Source: a virus. Taken from it: a DNA stretch of 64,000 bases. The notes under the pieces are model-generated. The model ran no database searches. It was not told the origin of the DNA and saw only the letters and a program-made list of their open reading frames with translations. Positions 17,792 through 27,698 of this stretch are shown here, piece after piece. A program made the translations under genes and the position numbers. Within the stretch, counting starts at the first letter, position 1, and every line of letters begins with the position of its first letter. The DNA lies in the IMG/VR virus record IMGVR_UViG_3300042445_001340, positions 4,668 to 68,667 of that record; one strand, written 5' to 3'.

Positions 17792-18547
17792 ATGGCAAGA
17801 AATAGTGGTAAATCACATCGCACCTTTCCAGCAAAAAAGTCTACACAGCCGTCACAGGCAGAAAAGTCTAGACTGCGTCAAAGTAAGCACGAAGGTTTTG
17901 ACGAACCTGAACCTCAACGTAACTACACCTTTAAAGAAGTTCAACCACTAAACTTTGTACAAGGCGAATATTTAGATGCAATTGAGAACAATGACGTTAT
18001 ATTTGGAATAGGCAGTGCAGGTACTGGTAAAACATTTATTGCAGCTAACTATGCTGCCCGAGAGCTTTACTATAAACGTGTAGATAAAGTTATCCTAACC
18101 AGACCAAACATTGAAACTGGGCGTGGGCTTGGATTTTTACCTGGCACATTGGAGGAAAAGTATGCTCCGTACTTGCTGCCTTTTGATGCAATCTTTACTC
18201 GTGCACTTGGTAAAGGTTTTTACGAGTATTGTTTGAGGTCTAAAGACATTGAGCCTACTCCACTAGGGTTCCTACGAGGTACTACGTTTGACAACTGCAT
18301 TGTACTAGTAGACGAGGCACAGAACTGTACTCGCGAAGAAATGAAAATGCTCCTTTCGCGTATTGGTAAAAACTGCAAGATGATTTTTAGCGGAGACACA
18401 GAGCAATCCGACATACACGATAGTGGGCTAGAAGATGCGGTTGATCGTTTAGAAAACATTCCTGGAATCGAGGTCGTGGAGTTTTTAGACGAAGATATTG
18501 TCAGATCCGCAATGTGTAAAAAAATTATTATGGCTTATAGGAGCTAA
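17792..18547 (+). CDS. phoH: PhoH-family ATPase
   Basis: GSAGTGKT, GFLPGTLEEK, RGTTF, DEAQN, RIG, GD.EQSD, DIVRS. Confidence 0.95.
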   Translation: MARNSGKSHRTFPAKKSTQPSQAEKSRLRQSKHEGFDEPEPQRNYTFKEVQPLNFVQGEYLDAIENNDVIFGIGSAGTGKTFIAANYAARELYYKRVDKVILTRPNIETGRGLGFLPGTLEEKYAPYLLPFDAIFTRALGKGFYEYCLRSKDIEPTPLGFLRGTTFDNCIVLVDEAQNCTREEMKMLLSRIGKNCKMIFSGDTEQSDIHDSGLEDAVDRLENIPGIEVVEFLDEDIVRSAMCKKIIMAYRS

Positions 18548-18556
18548 AGGATATAT

Positions 18557-19141
18557 ATGACAGATATAACTCAAATTTATAATTCAATAAACAAAAAATA
18601 CAAGGATATGGGAGACGGTACTTTTGCGGAAGTATTTTATCTGAGCAATATAGAATCATCTAAGGCTGCAGGTTGCTTTCACAAAATGGCAGACGTCACT
18701 GCTGTGGCCGCTGACACTGTATATGATTTTGATTGGTTTACAAATGTTACCCAACATGTTGGAGATCAAGGCGTTACTGTGGTCTCAGGTCAGCCCACTC
18801 GATTAAACATTGCCAGTGCCGGCAATTATTTAGTGATGCTAGAAATGATAGTACAAATAACTGGCAATGCTGAAAGAAATGTATTTCTTTGGTTGGCTAA
18901 GAATGGCAACAATATCGCAGAATCTGCTGTAAAGGTTTCATTGAGACAGGGCGTTAATCCTGTGTATCAGACTTTTAATAAGCCGTGGTTACTCCACAAC
19001 ATCAACGCCAACGACTATATTCAACTAAAATTTGCTCTAAGTCGTGTGGATGATATAAAACTTGAATTTACCGCCGCACAAACTACTCCCTATATAAGGC
19101 CTGCAATTCCAAGTGCGGTTATTACTGTTACTCAAGTTTAA
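18557..19141 (+). CDS. Probable virion protein with a C1q/TNF-like beta-sandwich
   Basis: YKDMGDGTFAEV N-terminal motif; AGNYLVML...WLAKNG...ANDYIQL pattern. Confidence 0.5.
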   Translation: MTDITQIYNSINKKYKDMGDGTFAEVFYLSNIESSKAAGCFHKMADVTAVAADTVYDFDWFTNVTQHVGDQGVTVVSGQPTRLNIASAGNYLVMLEMIVQITGNAERNVFLWLAKNGNNIAESAVKVSLRQGVNPVYQTFNKPWLLHNINANDYIQLKFALSRVDDIKLEFTAAQTTPYIRPAIPSAVITVTQV

Positions 19142-19149
19142 TATTTAAA

Positions 19150-19788
19150 ATGGCAACAACATACAAACCAACATCCGGCATGGCAACTGCCGCTAAACGT
19201 GCCTTAAAATGGAAAGACGAAGGCAAGCCTGGAGGTACTCTAGTTGGTTTGGCTCGTGCTAATCAGCTTAAAGATCGTGAACCACTAAGTGAAAGCGTTG
19301 TGCTACGCATGTACAGCTTTTTTGCACGACACGAAGTAGATAAGCGTGCAACAGGCTTTCGCAGCGGTGAAGAAGGTTTTCCAAGCAAAGGTAGAGTAGC
19401 TTGGGATCTATGGGGCGGTGACGGCGGTTATTCGTGGAGCACAGCCAAGCGTAACACAATTATGCGGGCACGTGAAGCCAAAGCACTGCACCTTGTTAAG
19501 ATCGCTGAAAAAGGCGTTGTACCTAAACTTGCGCGTATGGTAGCCGCAGAAATAATTGAAAACTACGCTAACAACAACATCAGCGAAGATCTAGAGGTAT
19601 TTGGTCAGTTTATGTACCATGCAGAATTGCTGCGACTTGATCACCTAGATGTTTATTTAGTAGACTTACATATGGTAGAGCAACCATATCGTGATATGCT
19701 AGTTAATGTATTCAGCAACTTGCATAGCATGCATGACGAAGATACCGTTGACAACGGAGAAGACTCCGATGAAGATACCCCACTTTAA
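19150..19788 (+). CDS. Conserved phage protein (head-morphogenesis-associated domain plus acidic C-terminus)
   Basis: GGTLVGLARANQL...RMYSFFARHE...GRVAWDLWGGDGG motif, which I recall from phage head-gene fusions. Confidence 0.55.
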   Translation: MATTYKPTSGMATAAKRALKWKDEGKPGGTLVGLARANQLKDREPLSESVVLRMYSFFARHEVDKRATGFRSGEEGFPSKGRVAWDLWGGDGGYSWSTAKRNTIMRAREAKALHLVKIAEKGVVPKLARMVAAEIIENYANNNISEDLEVFGQFMYHAELLRLDHLDVYLVDLHMVEQPYRDMLVNVFSNLHSMHDEDTVDNGEDSDEDTPL

Positions 19789-19806
19789 TTTTATAGAAAG
19801 AATCAT

Positions 19807-20169
19807 ATGGCCTTACATCCATCAAATACCACAATATCCACTTGGCTGGGCTCAGGAGCCGGAATTCAAGCTAGCTCAACTAGTTCAGGTGAAGGATTTT
19901 GGGTACCTAAATCTAACGTAGCAGGATACGTTGGAGCTAGCGGAGCAGATACCGTTATTACGAACGATATTCGTGATATGCTGTTTTCTATTTTATCTAA
20001 AGCTCACGAAACATATACAGCTGTACCTACCGGCGATACTCGTGCAACCGATATTATAGTTTCCAGAAATTTAGACATAGCTAATTCAACCGTTACTTTT
20101 GCTATAACATTAAAAGACGCTACGATAGGTAACGCTTTTGTAAGTAGCTTCGGCACTTACAACGCTTAA
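19807..20169 (+). CDS. Hypothetical protein, likely structural
   Basis: 120-aa ORF ending at the terminator. Confidence 0.55.
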   Translation: MALHPSNTTISTWLGSGAGIQASSTSSGEGFWVPKSNVAGYVGASGADTVITNDIRDMLFSILSKAHETYTAVPTGDTRATDIIVSRNLDIANSTVTFAITLKDATIGNAFVSSFGTYNA

Positions 20170-20170
20170 T

Positions 20171-20218
20171 AAAAAAGCCCGCAACTATTGCTAGTTGCGG
20201 GCTTTTTTTTTTTTTTTT
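20171..20218. terminator. Bidirectional terminator between the convergent late and replication blocks
   Basis: aaaaaagcccgcaacta-ttgc-tagttgcgggc followed by T16. Confidence 0.9.
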
Positions 20219-20226
20219 GCTAAAAT

Positions 20227-20409
20227 TTAGGCTGGTTGCGCTAAATCTTGCATTGAAGGCTCTTGTTTTGGAATTTGAGCTTCTGCTTGCTGACGAATCT
20301 TTTGAGTCATAGGGTTACAGATTTTGCCTGGCAGTTCTTGTAGTCCAGCTAAAATAGCGTTTACTTCTTCAACGGATAGGTCGGAAAGGGTAAATTTAAT
20401 GTCGTTCAT
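20227..20409 (-). CDS. Small hypothetical protein
   Basis: LSVEEVNAILAGLQELP...IRQQAEAQ; has its own promoter. Confidence 0.65.
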   Translation of the reverse strand: MNDIKFTLSDLSVEEVNAILAGLQELPGKICNPMTQKIRQQAEAQIPKQEPSMQDLAQPA

Positions 20410-20447
20410 GTGGTTTTTTAAAGGTTAAGGTGTCTAACACAGCAACT

Positions 20448-20476
20448 ATTATACCGTGTTAGACAAAAAAGTTCAA
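20448..20476 (-). promoter_or_regulatory. sigma70-type promoter
   Basis: TTGAAC-17-TATAAT with AT-rich upstream tract. Confidence 0.75.
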
Positions 20477-20494
20477 CTGAGAATTTTGCTTTGC

Positions 20495-22462
20495 TTATTT
20501 AATGGGGCAAGCACCCGTTGCACACTCGGCGTCTGTGATTTCATCAAAACTATTGGTGTTGTTTAGGTCGACTTCCGTAACAGTAGCTACATACTCGCGG
20601 TAGGTTTGCTCGTCTACAACTTCTTGTGGAAGGTATAGGTAGCCAAGGTCTTTGGCAGTTTTGGTAGGGTCGGTACGGTAGATAAAACTCACACCTACAT
20701 AACAATCCCAGTTGTCTAGCAACCAGTCAATTATTGCAGGAATTTCGCTTGGATCATAGCTAATAGTTACCGACGTGTTTTGTTGATTCCACGAAGTTTG
20801 TAGTAGTTTATAACGTTCTAGTTGTATAACGGCCGACTCGATATTAACTTCCTTACCGTCTACTTCATCGAACGGAACATCATCCCACATTACCGGAAAC
20901 GTAACAAGCACTCCAGAATCATCAACAGGATGATTAAAAACACGGTAACCCGCTTGACGTAGTTTCTCAACCACCGGGTCATGTTTGCTAAACTGAACAT
21001 TGTTGAAAATGTACTTTCCTAGTGGTTTATGTACGCCTTCTGTAGTATCCATGATTTTACTCAAAGTTCCTGAAGGCTTAATACAAGTTACGTTTTTAGG
21101 GGCCGGTAGTCCTAGCTCTAGGCTCATGCCTACAGCTGCCGATGTTGCAGTACGCTTTAGGTATTCATAGTCATAACTACCCATGTCTGGGCGCATCGCA
21201 ATACCGGTTAAACCTACACCGCAAAGTCGTAGGAAATAGTTGTTAAGGTGCCAAGACTCTTGAAGAATGCCGTCCTGAAGATTAACACAGGTTTGTCTGT
21301 AGTTGGCACGAGCTGCAAGTCGTATAGCGTTGTGTAGTCCGGCAGTGTCGCCTTTAAACTTGGCAATATCAGTTTCGGTAAGGTTACAGAAAGCCTTGTT
21401 ACCGAGTAAGATTTCAACGCATGGATTGGCTCCCTTAAACCACGGAGCGCGTCTGAGTGCTTCAACTTCATTTATAAATCCTGGTTCACTACCGCCTGCT
21501 TTAACCATCATGCCAAAGATTTTTTCCAAGTCTGATTTAAGCGGCTTCTTTTTAAATACAAGCGAATTGTTTGATTGTGTGCGGTGTGCATTATTATGCA
21601 ACCACCAGTCTTTTTTGGCTACTGCGAATTCTTGCCATTCAGGTTGGTCATAATCAAAAAGTGCGATTTCAGCACTGCGGCGACTAGATAGAATGGTACC
21701 CAGATGATTAACAATGTCAAGAATGTCCATGCGAGTAAGCAAGCTATCAGCACGCCCATTAAGTATATTGGCAATAGCAGTATAAGCAGTACTAATTGCC
21801 GAATCGCCTGACGAAATCCACCCATAGCCTTTTAACCTTTCACCAGCAGGTCGTAGTTGTGAAAAATCAAGAACCAAAGTATCAGCAGGGTACTTACCCG
21901 CAAGCAACTTGCCAATAGACTTTGCCCAAGCTTCTGCCGAATCTCCAATTTGGATTGTCCAAGTTTTGGTATCTTCTTCCCAGTATTCAACGTTTTCTTC
22001 ATTTCCGCCTTTTGCAGTACGAGTACTACGAACTACTCGAATGTTCTTGATTGGCTTTGAGAATCCGTTTAGCGTACCAACAATTGGTTTAAAGCCAACG
22101 CCACAACCTTGTAGCAACAGCCATAATACGTCTACTACGTCATAAATTGTTTCAACGTGAGTGAAACTGCAATTAAACTGGGATGCTTCACGAGTTTTAG
22201 CTACCTGAGTACCACCAAGCCAAAGTGTACGGCCTGACATAAGTACTTTGCGATCTAGCATTAGCTGCTCAAGATCGTATAATTCTGCGTATTCAACGTC
22301 GTTTAGGTCGCGGTCAACAGCCCGTTCCCACAACCACTGCTGGTGGTCAATAACTCGGGCTACTGTTTCGGCCCATGTTTCAAATTGTTTTCCGTCGTCT
22401 GAGGTAGGTCTGTTGTAGGTCCTGCGTGTAATTACTTGCGCTCGTGTGCTTACTGCTGTCAT
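20495..22462 (-). CDS. nrdJ: Class II (adenosylcobalamin-dependent) ribonucleotide reductase
   Basis: RRTYNR, FNCSF, RRSAEI, NPCVEI.L...CNL, TCIKPSGT, C-terminal CATGACPIK; no NrdB nearby. Confidence 0.9.
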   Translation of the reverse strand: MTAVSTRAQVITRRTYNRPTSDDGKQFETWAETVARVIDHQQWLWERAVDRDLNDVEYAELYDLEQLMLDRKVLMSGRTLWLGGTQVAKTREASQFNCSFTHVETIYDVVDVLWLLLQGCGVGFKPIVGTLNGFSKPIKNIRVVRSTRTAKGGNEENVEYWEEDTKTWTIQIGDSAEAWAKSIGKLLAGKYPADTLVLDFSQLRPAGERLKGYGWISSGDSAISTAYTAIANILNGRADSLLTRMDILDIVNHLGTILSSRRSAEIALFDYDQPEWQEFAVAKKDWWLHNNAHRTQSNNSLVFKKKPLKSDLEKIFGMMVKAGGSEPGFINEVEALRRAPWFKGANPCVEILLGNKAFCNLTETDIAKFKGDTAGLHNAIRLAARANYRQTCVNLQDGILQESWHLNNYFLRLCGVGLTGIAMRPDMGSYDYEYLKRTATSAAVGMSLELGLPAPKNVTCIKPSGTLSKIMDTTEGVHKPLGKYIFNNVQFSKHDPVVEKLRQAGYRVFNHPVDDSGVLVTFPVMWDDVPFDEVDGKEVNIESAVIQLERYKLLQTSWNQQNTSVTISYDPSEIPAIIDWLLDNWDCYVGVSFIYRTDPTKTAKDLGYLYLPQEVVDEQTYREYVATVTEVDLNNTNSFDEITDAECATGACPIK

Positions 22463-22478
22463 CTATTCTCTTTCTAGT

Positions 22479-22967
22479 TTATTGTCCGGTACTGCCGAAA
22501 CCGCCAGTACCTCGTTGTGTGTCATTCCATGAATCTACAAAGTCCACAAGTTGAACTGGTTGGATTACTAGCTGAGCAATTCTGTCGCCAGCGTCGATTT
22601 TATAAGGGTCATCCCCAATATTTTTCAGCAAAACTTTTAAATTTCCACGATAATCACTATCAATGACTCCAACCGAATGTGGGATTGTAATGCCTTTTTT
22701 GCCTTGCGAGCTGCGATTGTAAATAAGGCCCACAAAGCATTCTGGAATTTTTACTGCTATACCCGTATCAACAAGTTTTTGTTCACCAGGATAAATCTCG
22801 TGTGCTTCAAGTGCAAATAAATCTGCACCTGCATCTGTGCGATATGCTCGTTGGGGTATCTTAGCACCTGGCTGTACTTGGCACTGAATTTTGGGATTGC
22901 TGCGATATGTCATTGTGTTAGCGTCGTAGCAGCCGTTAGAGTTACTAATTAAGTATTGATTGCTCAT
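22479..22967 (-). CDS. dut: Trimeric dUTPase
   Basis: AGADL, RSS, GVIDSDYRG, GDRIAQL, RGTGGFGSTG. Confidence 0.95.
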   Translation of the reverse strand: MSNQYLISNSNGCYDANTMTYRSNPKIQCQVQPGAKIPQRAYRTDAGADLFALEAHEIYPGEQKLVDTGIAVKIPECFVGLIYNRSSQGKKGITIPHSVGVIDSDYRGNLKVLLKNIGDDPYKIDAGDRIAQLVIQPVQLVDFVDSWNDTQRGTGGFGSTGQ

Positions 22968-23809
22968 TGTAGGTAAAGTTGTAAGGTTTGGTCAATTTGT
23001 TTGAGGTTGGTTTCACCAATGGCTTCGTGACAGTGTGTTACCAAGTCCATTAGCTGGTAGTTTAACAGTAACATATCTCGGCACTGATTTAGCTCTTGAA
23101 TATATTTGTATTTACCGGGTAGAGGAATACTTGCGATAATGTCGTAAGTACTGCCGTACTCAGCCACAAGTGAAACTGCTCGTTTAGGCCCAATGCCAGG
23201 GACACCAGCAACATTATCTCCGCTGTCACCTGTAAGGCACTTAATGCTAATGTAATCTTCAGGATTGAATTCATAGTGGTCATTCCAGTTGTCAAGTGTA
23301 ACTTCTTTGCGGGTAACGTAACTAAATCGACTAACGCCGGGTTGTACCAGTAAGTCCCAGTCTCGGTCGCTGGAGATCAGCCAAATATCGTCTGTGCTCA
23401 ATTTAGATTTTTGTGATACAATGTACGCAGCAATGTCATCAGCTTCTACGCCTTGAAACTTCAACACGGGATAGCTGGTTGTGGTTTCAATTGTGGCAAT
23501 TGTTTGCAAAAAATCTTCAAAGAAAAGCTCAAAAGCTGCACGTTCAGCATCTGTTTGCTGCTCTTGCTTGTCTTTGCGGTTTTGCTTGTATTCAGGACTA
23601 AGAGCCTTGCGATAGCTAGAGCTGCCTTGGTCACACGTAATAATAACGTGTGAAGCTTTGTATGATTTTTTTAGGCTGTCAACTGTGCGAATGTAATCAG
23701 TGGCAAATTCTGTGGCTCCTGAATGTTTATAGCGAAATGCCAAGTTTAAGGCATCAACAACCAGCAATGTGTTGTTTGATTCTGTGGCTTTTTTAAATGT
23801 AATACTCAT
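22964..23809 (-). CDS. D15: Flap endonuclease / 5'-3' exonuclease (T5 D15-like)
   Basis: VDALNL, YKQNR, GVEADD, SSDRDW, GDSGDNVAGVPGIGPKRA. Confidence 0.92.
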   Translation of the reverse strand: MSITFKKATESNNTLLVVDALNLAFRYKHSGATEFATDYIRTVDSLKKSYKASHVIITCDQGSSSYRKALSPEYKQNRKDKQEQQTDAERAAFELFFEDFLQTIATIETTTSYPVLKFQGVEADDIAAYIVSQKSKLSTDDIWLISSDRDWDLLVQPGVSRFSYVTRKEVTLDNWNDHYEFNPEDYISIKCLTGDSGDNVAGVPGIGPKRAVSLVAEYGSTYDIIASIPLPGKYKYIQELNQCRDMLLLNYQLMDLVTHCHEAIGETNLKQIDQTLQLYLQ

Positions 23810-23835
23810 GGTGTATTTTTTGTGGTTAAGTGTAT

Positions 23836-23864
23836 ATTATACACTAAAAACCAAAGTATTTCAA
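23836..23864 (-). promoter_or_regulatory. sigma70-type promoter
   Basis: TTGAAA-17-TATAAT. Confidence 0.75.
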
Positions 23865-24319
23865 GTTACAAATTGTGGATGCTCATGTTGCAACCAATCT
23901 TCTAAGAGTGCAACATAAAACTCATGTGACTCGTGATTGTAGTAAATGCAACGATAGTTTTGACTATTAGGCATTTCATCAAATGCCACAAATATTTTAC
24001 TGCGATCAAACTTAAAGATTAACAATGGCTTCTTGGTCACTTGCTTGCCCTGTCTGACAGTTTGCTCCCAAAATTCCACTAATTGTGGAGTTTTGCTTGT
24101 AAGTAGTTGTGAAGTAAGGTGATCTTCGGCATAACCTTTTACTTCAACACACCACAGGTTGGTACGGCCAGGAACGTATAAGTCGCCTTTTAGCAAGTGT
24201 TTGGGGTCTAGTGCACCGCTGCCAGGTATACGCTCCCACCCTAAACCTGTGTGTTTGCGAAGTAGATCACGTACTACGGTTTCAGTACGTGCTCCCTTGG
24301 CTCTAGCGTCTACGACCAT
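23861..24319 (-). CDS. D14: T5 D14-like Holliday-junction resolvase/endonuclease
   Basis: RAKGARTE, RIPGSGA, KGD, CVEVK (PD-(D/E)xK fold). Confidence 0.85.
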   Translation of the reverse strand: MVVDARAKGARTETVVRDLLRKHTGLGWERIPGSGALDPKHLLKGDLYVPGRTNLWCVEVKGYAEDHLTSQLLTSKTPQLVEFWEQTVRQGKQVTKKPLLIFKFDRSKIFVAFDEMPNSQNYRCIYYNHESHEFYVALLEDWLQHEHPQFVT

Positions 24320-24624
24320 TACGTTTGTGTTGCACGGGCAGTTTTACGTGCAGGTTGAACGATGGGCTTGGTAGTCTTGGCGGCAACCACTGGTGCGGTT
24401 GTTGGCGCTGTGATAGCTGCTGGTGCTGTGGTTGAGGGTTTGATGGGTTGAAAAACAACCGTTTTAACCTCCATTTCATCCACTGTGTACAAGATTTCTC
24501 CGCTGTCAGCCTCTAGGCTATCTAGTTCGGCTTGTGTAACAGTCATGTTTAGGGTCACAGGTTGGCGGGTACTATTTCGTAAAATGGTTGGGTTAACCGC
24601 TGTGCTTCGTTCAATTTTAATCAT
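24319..24624 (-). CDS. Hypothetical protein with a Pro/Thr/Ala-rich tail
   Basis: ORF packed between D13 and D14. Confidence 0.6.
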   Translation of the reverse strand: MIKIERSTAVNPTILRNSTRQPVTLNMTVTQAELDSLEADSGEILYTVDEMEVKTVVFQPIKPSTTAPAAITAPTTAPVVAAKTTKPIVQPARKTARATQT

Positions 24625-24625
24625 A

Positions 24626-26464
24626 TTATGCCTCTATTTGTGATATGTTGTTGTGTTTAACAACATTTACCTTTTCTAGTAATGGGTGTGTAAACCCATG
24701 CGATACTAAAAAGGTGTTTAAGTGTTCTTCGTTGAGTAGAACCTCTACTAATCGTTCTTTGCCGTCTACGTCAAGTGTTTCAACCGTTTCGTCTAAGATC
24801 AACAGGTTAATTCTGCTCGAACTTAGGGTCTGCATTAGTTTGCGAATTGCTAGTAATGTGGCTACATTGACTCGGGCACGTTCGCCACCACTTAGTGCCA
24901 ATATTTCAATATCACGACCATTATCGGTAATAACTACATTTAGCTTATCACTAGCAGAAATTTTAAATCCAATCTGAAATCTACCATCAGACAGGTCTAC
25001 TAGATAACTGTTAGTAATTTCTTCCAAGTCTTTGACTAAGCACTCAATCTTGTAAGCAACTAAACCAGTTGTTGAAAAAGTCTTGGTTAGTACATTAACA
25101 ATACTCATGCGCTCTGAAAGCTCATGTAAGTTATTGCTGTAAGTTTCCAACTCACTATTCATTTCTGTGATTTGAGAACTCAAGGACTCTACACGAGCAT
25201 TATGTGCGCTAGCAGCTAAGTTATGTTTTTCGGCTTGCGTGATTGCTGTTTTTAAGTTGGCGATTGCAGTTTGAAGTGCTTGAAATTTTGAATCTAGATC
25301 GTTTTTGTCTAGCAAGTCTTCTGACAACTCTGTGTCAATAAGTGCGTGGTACTTTTCCCATTCTTCACGAGATTTACTTGCCGACTCCCATACTTGTGTA
25401 CGTTTGGTAATATCTGCACGTAGTGTATCTAATACACCAATACGTGCTGTAAGAGCTGCATTGCTTGACTCCGCACTTTGTTGAATAGTTTGCTGCTCAG
25501 CTACTAATTCAGCAATCTTAGCCTCGTCAATTTCTTGCAAGCAAGTTGGGCACGTTCCGTGCAGTGCAGCAATCTTTTTAACAAATGCTTGCGAGTCACG
25601 AATTGTCTTTGAGTGCTCAACTACTTGCTTGTCTAGTTGAGCACTCTCGGAAGCCAGAGGCTTTGTATCCTCACCTGGTTTTTCTGGTATAGGAAACAAC
25701 TTAATTTTACTCTGCACCTGCCGGTAAGTGTTGTTTTGAGTAATCTTTTTATTTATGGAGTCAAGACCAACTATCTGTGTTTCTAGTACAGCACTGCTAG
25801 TTACTAACTCATCTGGTATTGCGGGAACTGGTTGTAGCAGTTTTGGCTTTAAATCAGTCTTTATATACTTGTCAAGCCAACTGTTTACAGTAGAAACTTG
25901 CGCCTGGACTTTGGCAATGTCTTTGCTGAGTTCTTGTGCAGTTTCTTTGAAAACTTCTTGTGCTTGAGTGTATTTACCTAAGTTTAAGATTTCAATTAAA
26001 AACTTTTTACGAGCCGTATCAGGTGCTGTTAAAAATTCTAGACTACCTGCATTTGACTGATAAACAATTTGCGAGAATGTTTTGTGGTCGAAGCCTAGGA
26101 TTTCTTCAATGGCTTTATAGGTTTGTGTGCTTGTATGTGCGCTAATATCACTGGTACCGCGATATAGCTTAACAGTTTGTGTTGAGCCACGCCGAGTTTT
26201 AATAGTATACTCACTACCGTCTTTTTCAAACACTAGTTCAATTTCATAGTGTTTGTCATCAACATAACGGTTGATAATATCAGCTTTTTTAATTGACTTT
26301 GAATTCTTGTTGAATAAAACTTCTTCTAAGATAAGTGCAATCGAACTTTTACCGTGACCGTTCTTGCCTACCAATTGTGTTAGTTGAGCAGCACTAAAGT
26401 CCAAGAAATTATTTGCGCCGTAGCTAAAAGCATTAGACCATGCTAGTGTTTTTATTGTTATCAT
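24626..26464 (-). CDS. D13: SbcC/Rad50-like recombination ATPase (T5 D13)
   Basis: GKNGHGKS, Zn-hook CPTC, LSGGE, LLILDE, VSH. Confidence 0.92.
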   Translation of the reverse strand: MITIKTLAWSNAFSYGANNFLDFSAAQLTQLVGKNGHGKSSIALILEEVLFNKNSKSIKKADIINRYVDDKHYEIELVFEKDGSEYTIKTRRGSTQTVKLYRGTSDISAHTSTQTYKAIEEILGFDHKTFSQIVYQSNAGSLEFLTAPDTARKKFLIEILNLGKYTQAQEVFKETAQELSKDIAKVQAQVSTVNSWLDKYIKTDLKPKLLQPVPAIPDELVTSSAVLETQIVGLDSINKKITQNNTYRQVQSKIKLFPIPEKPGEDTKPLASESAQLDKQVVEHSKTIRDSQAFVKKIAALHGTCPTCLQEIDEAKIAELVAEQQTIQQSAESSNAALTARIGVLDTLRADITKRTQVWESASKSREEWEKYHALIDTELSEDLLDKNDLDSKFQALQTAIANLKTAITQAEKHNLAASAHNARVESLSSQITEMNSELETYSNNLHELSERMSIVNVLTKTFSTTGLVAYKIECLVKDLEEITNSYLVDLSDGRFQIGFKISASDKLNVVITDNGRDIEILALSGGERARVNVATLLAIRKLMQTLSSSRINLLILDETVETLDVDGKERLVEVLLNEEHLNTFLVSHGFTHPLLEKVNVVKHNNISQIEA

Positions 26465-26705
26465 TTGCCAGTTTTCGTTTTAATTCTTGCAATCCGCCCA
26501 CGTACTCACCATCTACAAAAATTTGAGGAACACTGCGTGCGTGCGGAACAAGTTCAATTAAGTCTTTTTTAGTATAACCATTAATGCCCAACATACGTTC
26601 TTCGATTTGTATACCATGCTGGTCTAGTAATCGTTTGGCTTCACTACAGGCTGGGCAATTAGTTTGTGACCACACTTGCGCTGATTTAGGTGAGTTTTTC
26701 TGCAT
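26433..26705 (-). CDS. Glutaredoxin
   Basis: CPAC, RSVPQIFVDGEYVGG. Confidence 0.9.
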   Translation of the reverse strand: MQKNSPKSAQVWSQTNCPACSEAKRLLDQHGIQIEERMLGINGYTKKDLIELVPHARSVPQIFVDGEYVGGLQELKRKLANDNNKNTSMV

Positions 26706-27642
26706 GATTTTGCATTTCCTTTAAAACTTTGTCTATAGTAGGCTCTGGTAATTCTAGAATATAAGTTAAGTACTCACGTACTTCTGCGTCTAGCGACATT
26801 TCTGGTTCAAGTAGTAGTGCACTATCACTATCTCGTTTGATAACTTTTGAGGCAATCAATTCCGAATCCGCTAGTTCTCCGAGTTCTTGCATATCTCCTT
26901 GGACTTCGTAGACGGTATGGTCAAAGTCTGTAGAAACTGGCGTCTCGTCTGCGGTGATTGTTCGCTTAATGAGTTGCGGCAAGTTGAATTTAAGCCACGT
27001 ATGTTCCAAGCTATCAGCATCAAGCAAAATAGCACCAGTATCAACCCTGGAGCGATGGAAACTAGTAGTATAAGGACTACCAGGGTATAGAATATTTCTT
27101 TGAGAATTTTCATATGAGTGCAGGTCACCTGCTAAGACTACGTTCCAGCGACTAAATAGCTCCAAGTCAAGTTCTGGTTTAACGTGTGGAGGAATCTCGC
27201 CACGAACGTGTGTGCAAAGAATCCTGTTCTTTAAACTACAACCGTTCTTTTCAAAGTCTTTGAGTTTGTTATAAGGAATAACGTCTACACCAAAACCACA
27301 ATTTTCGTAGTAGTCGTCAACAACGCTTACTAGTGGATTTAAACGGTGTGTGGACTTTTTTAAGTTTGTTAAAAAAGTTGTGTCTTTTTTCAACATTTCG
27401 TGATTGCCTGGATAAATCAGTGTAGGCCTAGTAAAAGATTCCACAAAGTCAAAGTAAAGCTCTACTTCGTCCATGGTAGGTAGTCTGTCAAATACATCGC
27501 CACCTACGATTACCAAATCTGCATTAGCCTGCATTTCACCAAACTGCTCAATAAACATCTTAAAGCGATTTTTAGCCCAATCTAGCGGAACGTTTTTTTG
27601 ACCAAGTTTAATGTGCACATCCGCAGTGAAAAGTATTTTCAT
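26686..27642 (-). CDS. D12: SbcD/Mre11-like nuclease (T5 D12)
   Basis: ADVH, GGDVFD, PGNHE, GDLH, YPGSP. Confidence 0.92.
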   Translation of the reverse strand: MKILFTADVHIKLGQKNVPLDWAKNRFKMFIEQFGEMQANADLVIVGGDVFDRLPTMDEVELYFDFVESFTRPTLIYPGNHEMLKKDTTFLTNLKKSTHRLNPLVSVVDDYYENCGFGVDVIPYNKLKDFEKNGCSLKNRILCTHVRGEIPPHVKPELDLELFSRWNVVLAGDLHSYENSQRNILYPGSPYTTSFHRSRVDTGAILLDADSLEHTWLKFNLPQLIKRTITADETPVSTDFDHTVYEVQGDMQELGELADSELIASKVIKRDSDSALLLEPEMSLDAEVREYLTYILELPEPTIDKVLKEMQNHAEKLT

Positions 27643-27657
27643 TATGTATAAGATAAG

Positions 27658-27690
27658 AAAGCCCGTTAAACCTTTTAGATCTAACGGGCT
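27658..27690 (-). terminator. Terminator after D11
   Basis: aagcccgtta...taacgggctt hairpin followed by T on the minus strand. Confidence 0.65.
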
Positions 27691-27698
27691 TGTGTTAA

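Noticed and set aside
20203-20218. T16 run as a phase-variation tract
   Set aside because: It is the terminator tail in non-coding DNA, and its length may be a sequencing artefact.
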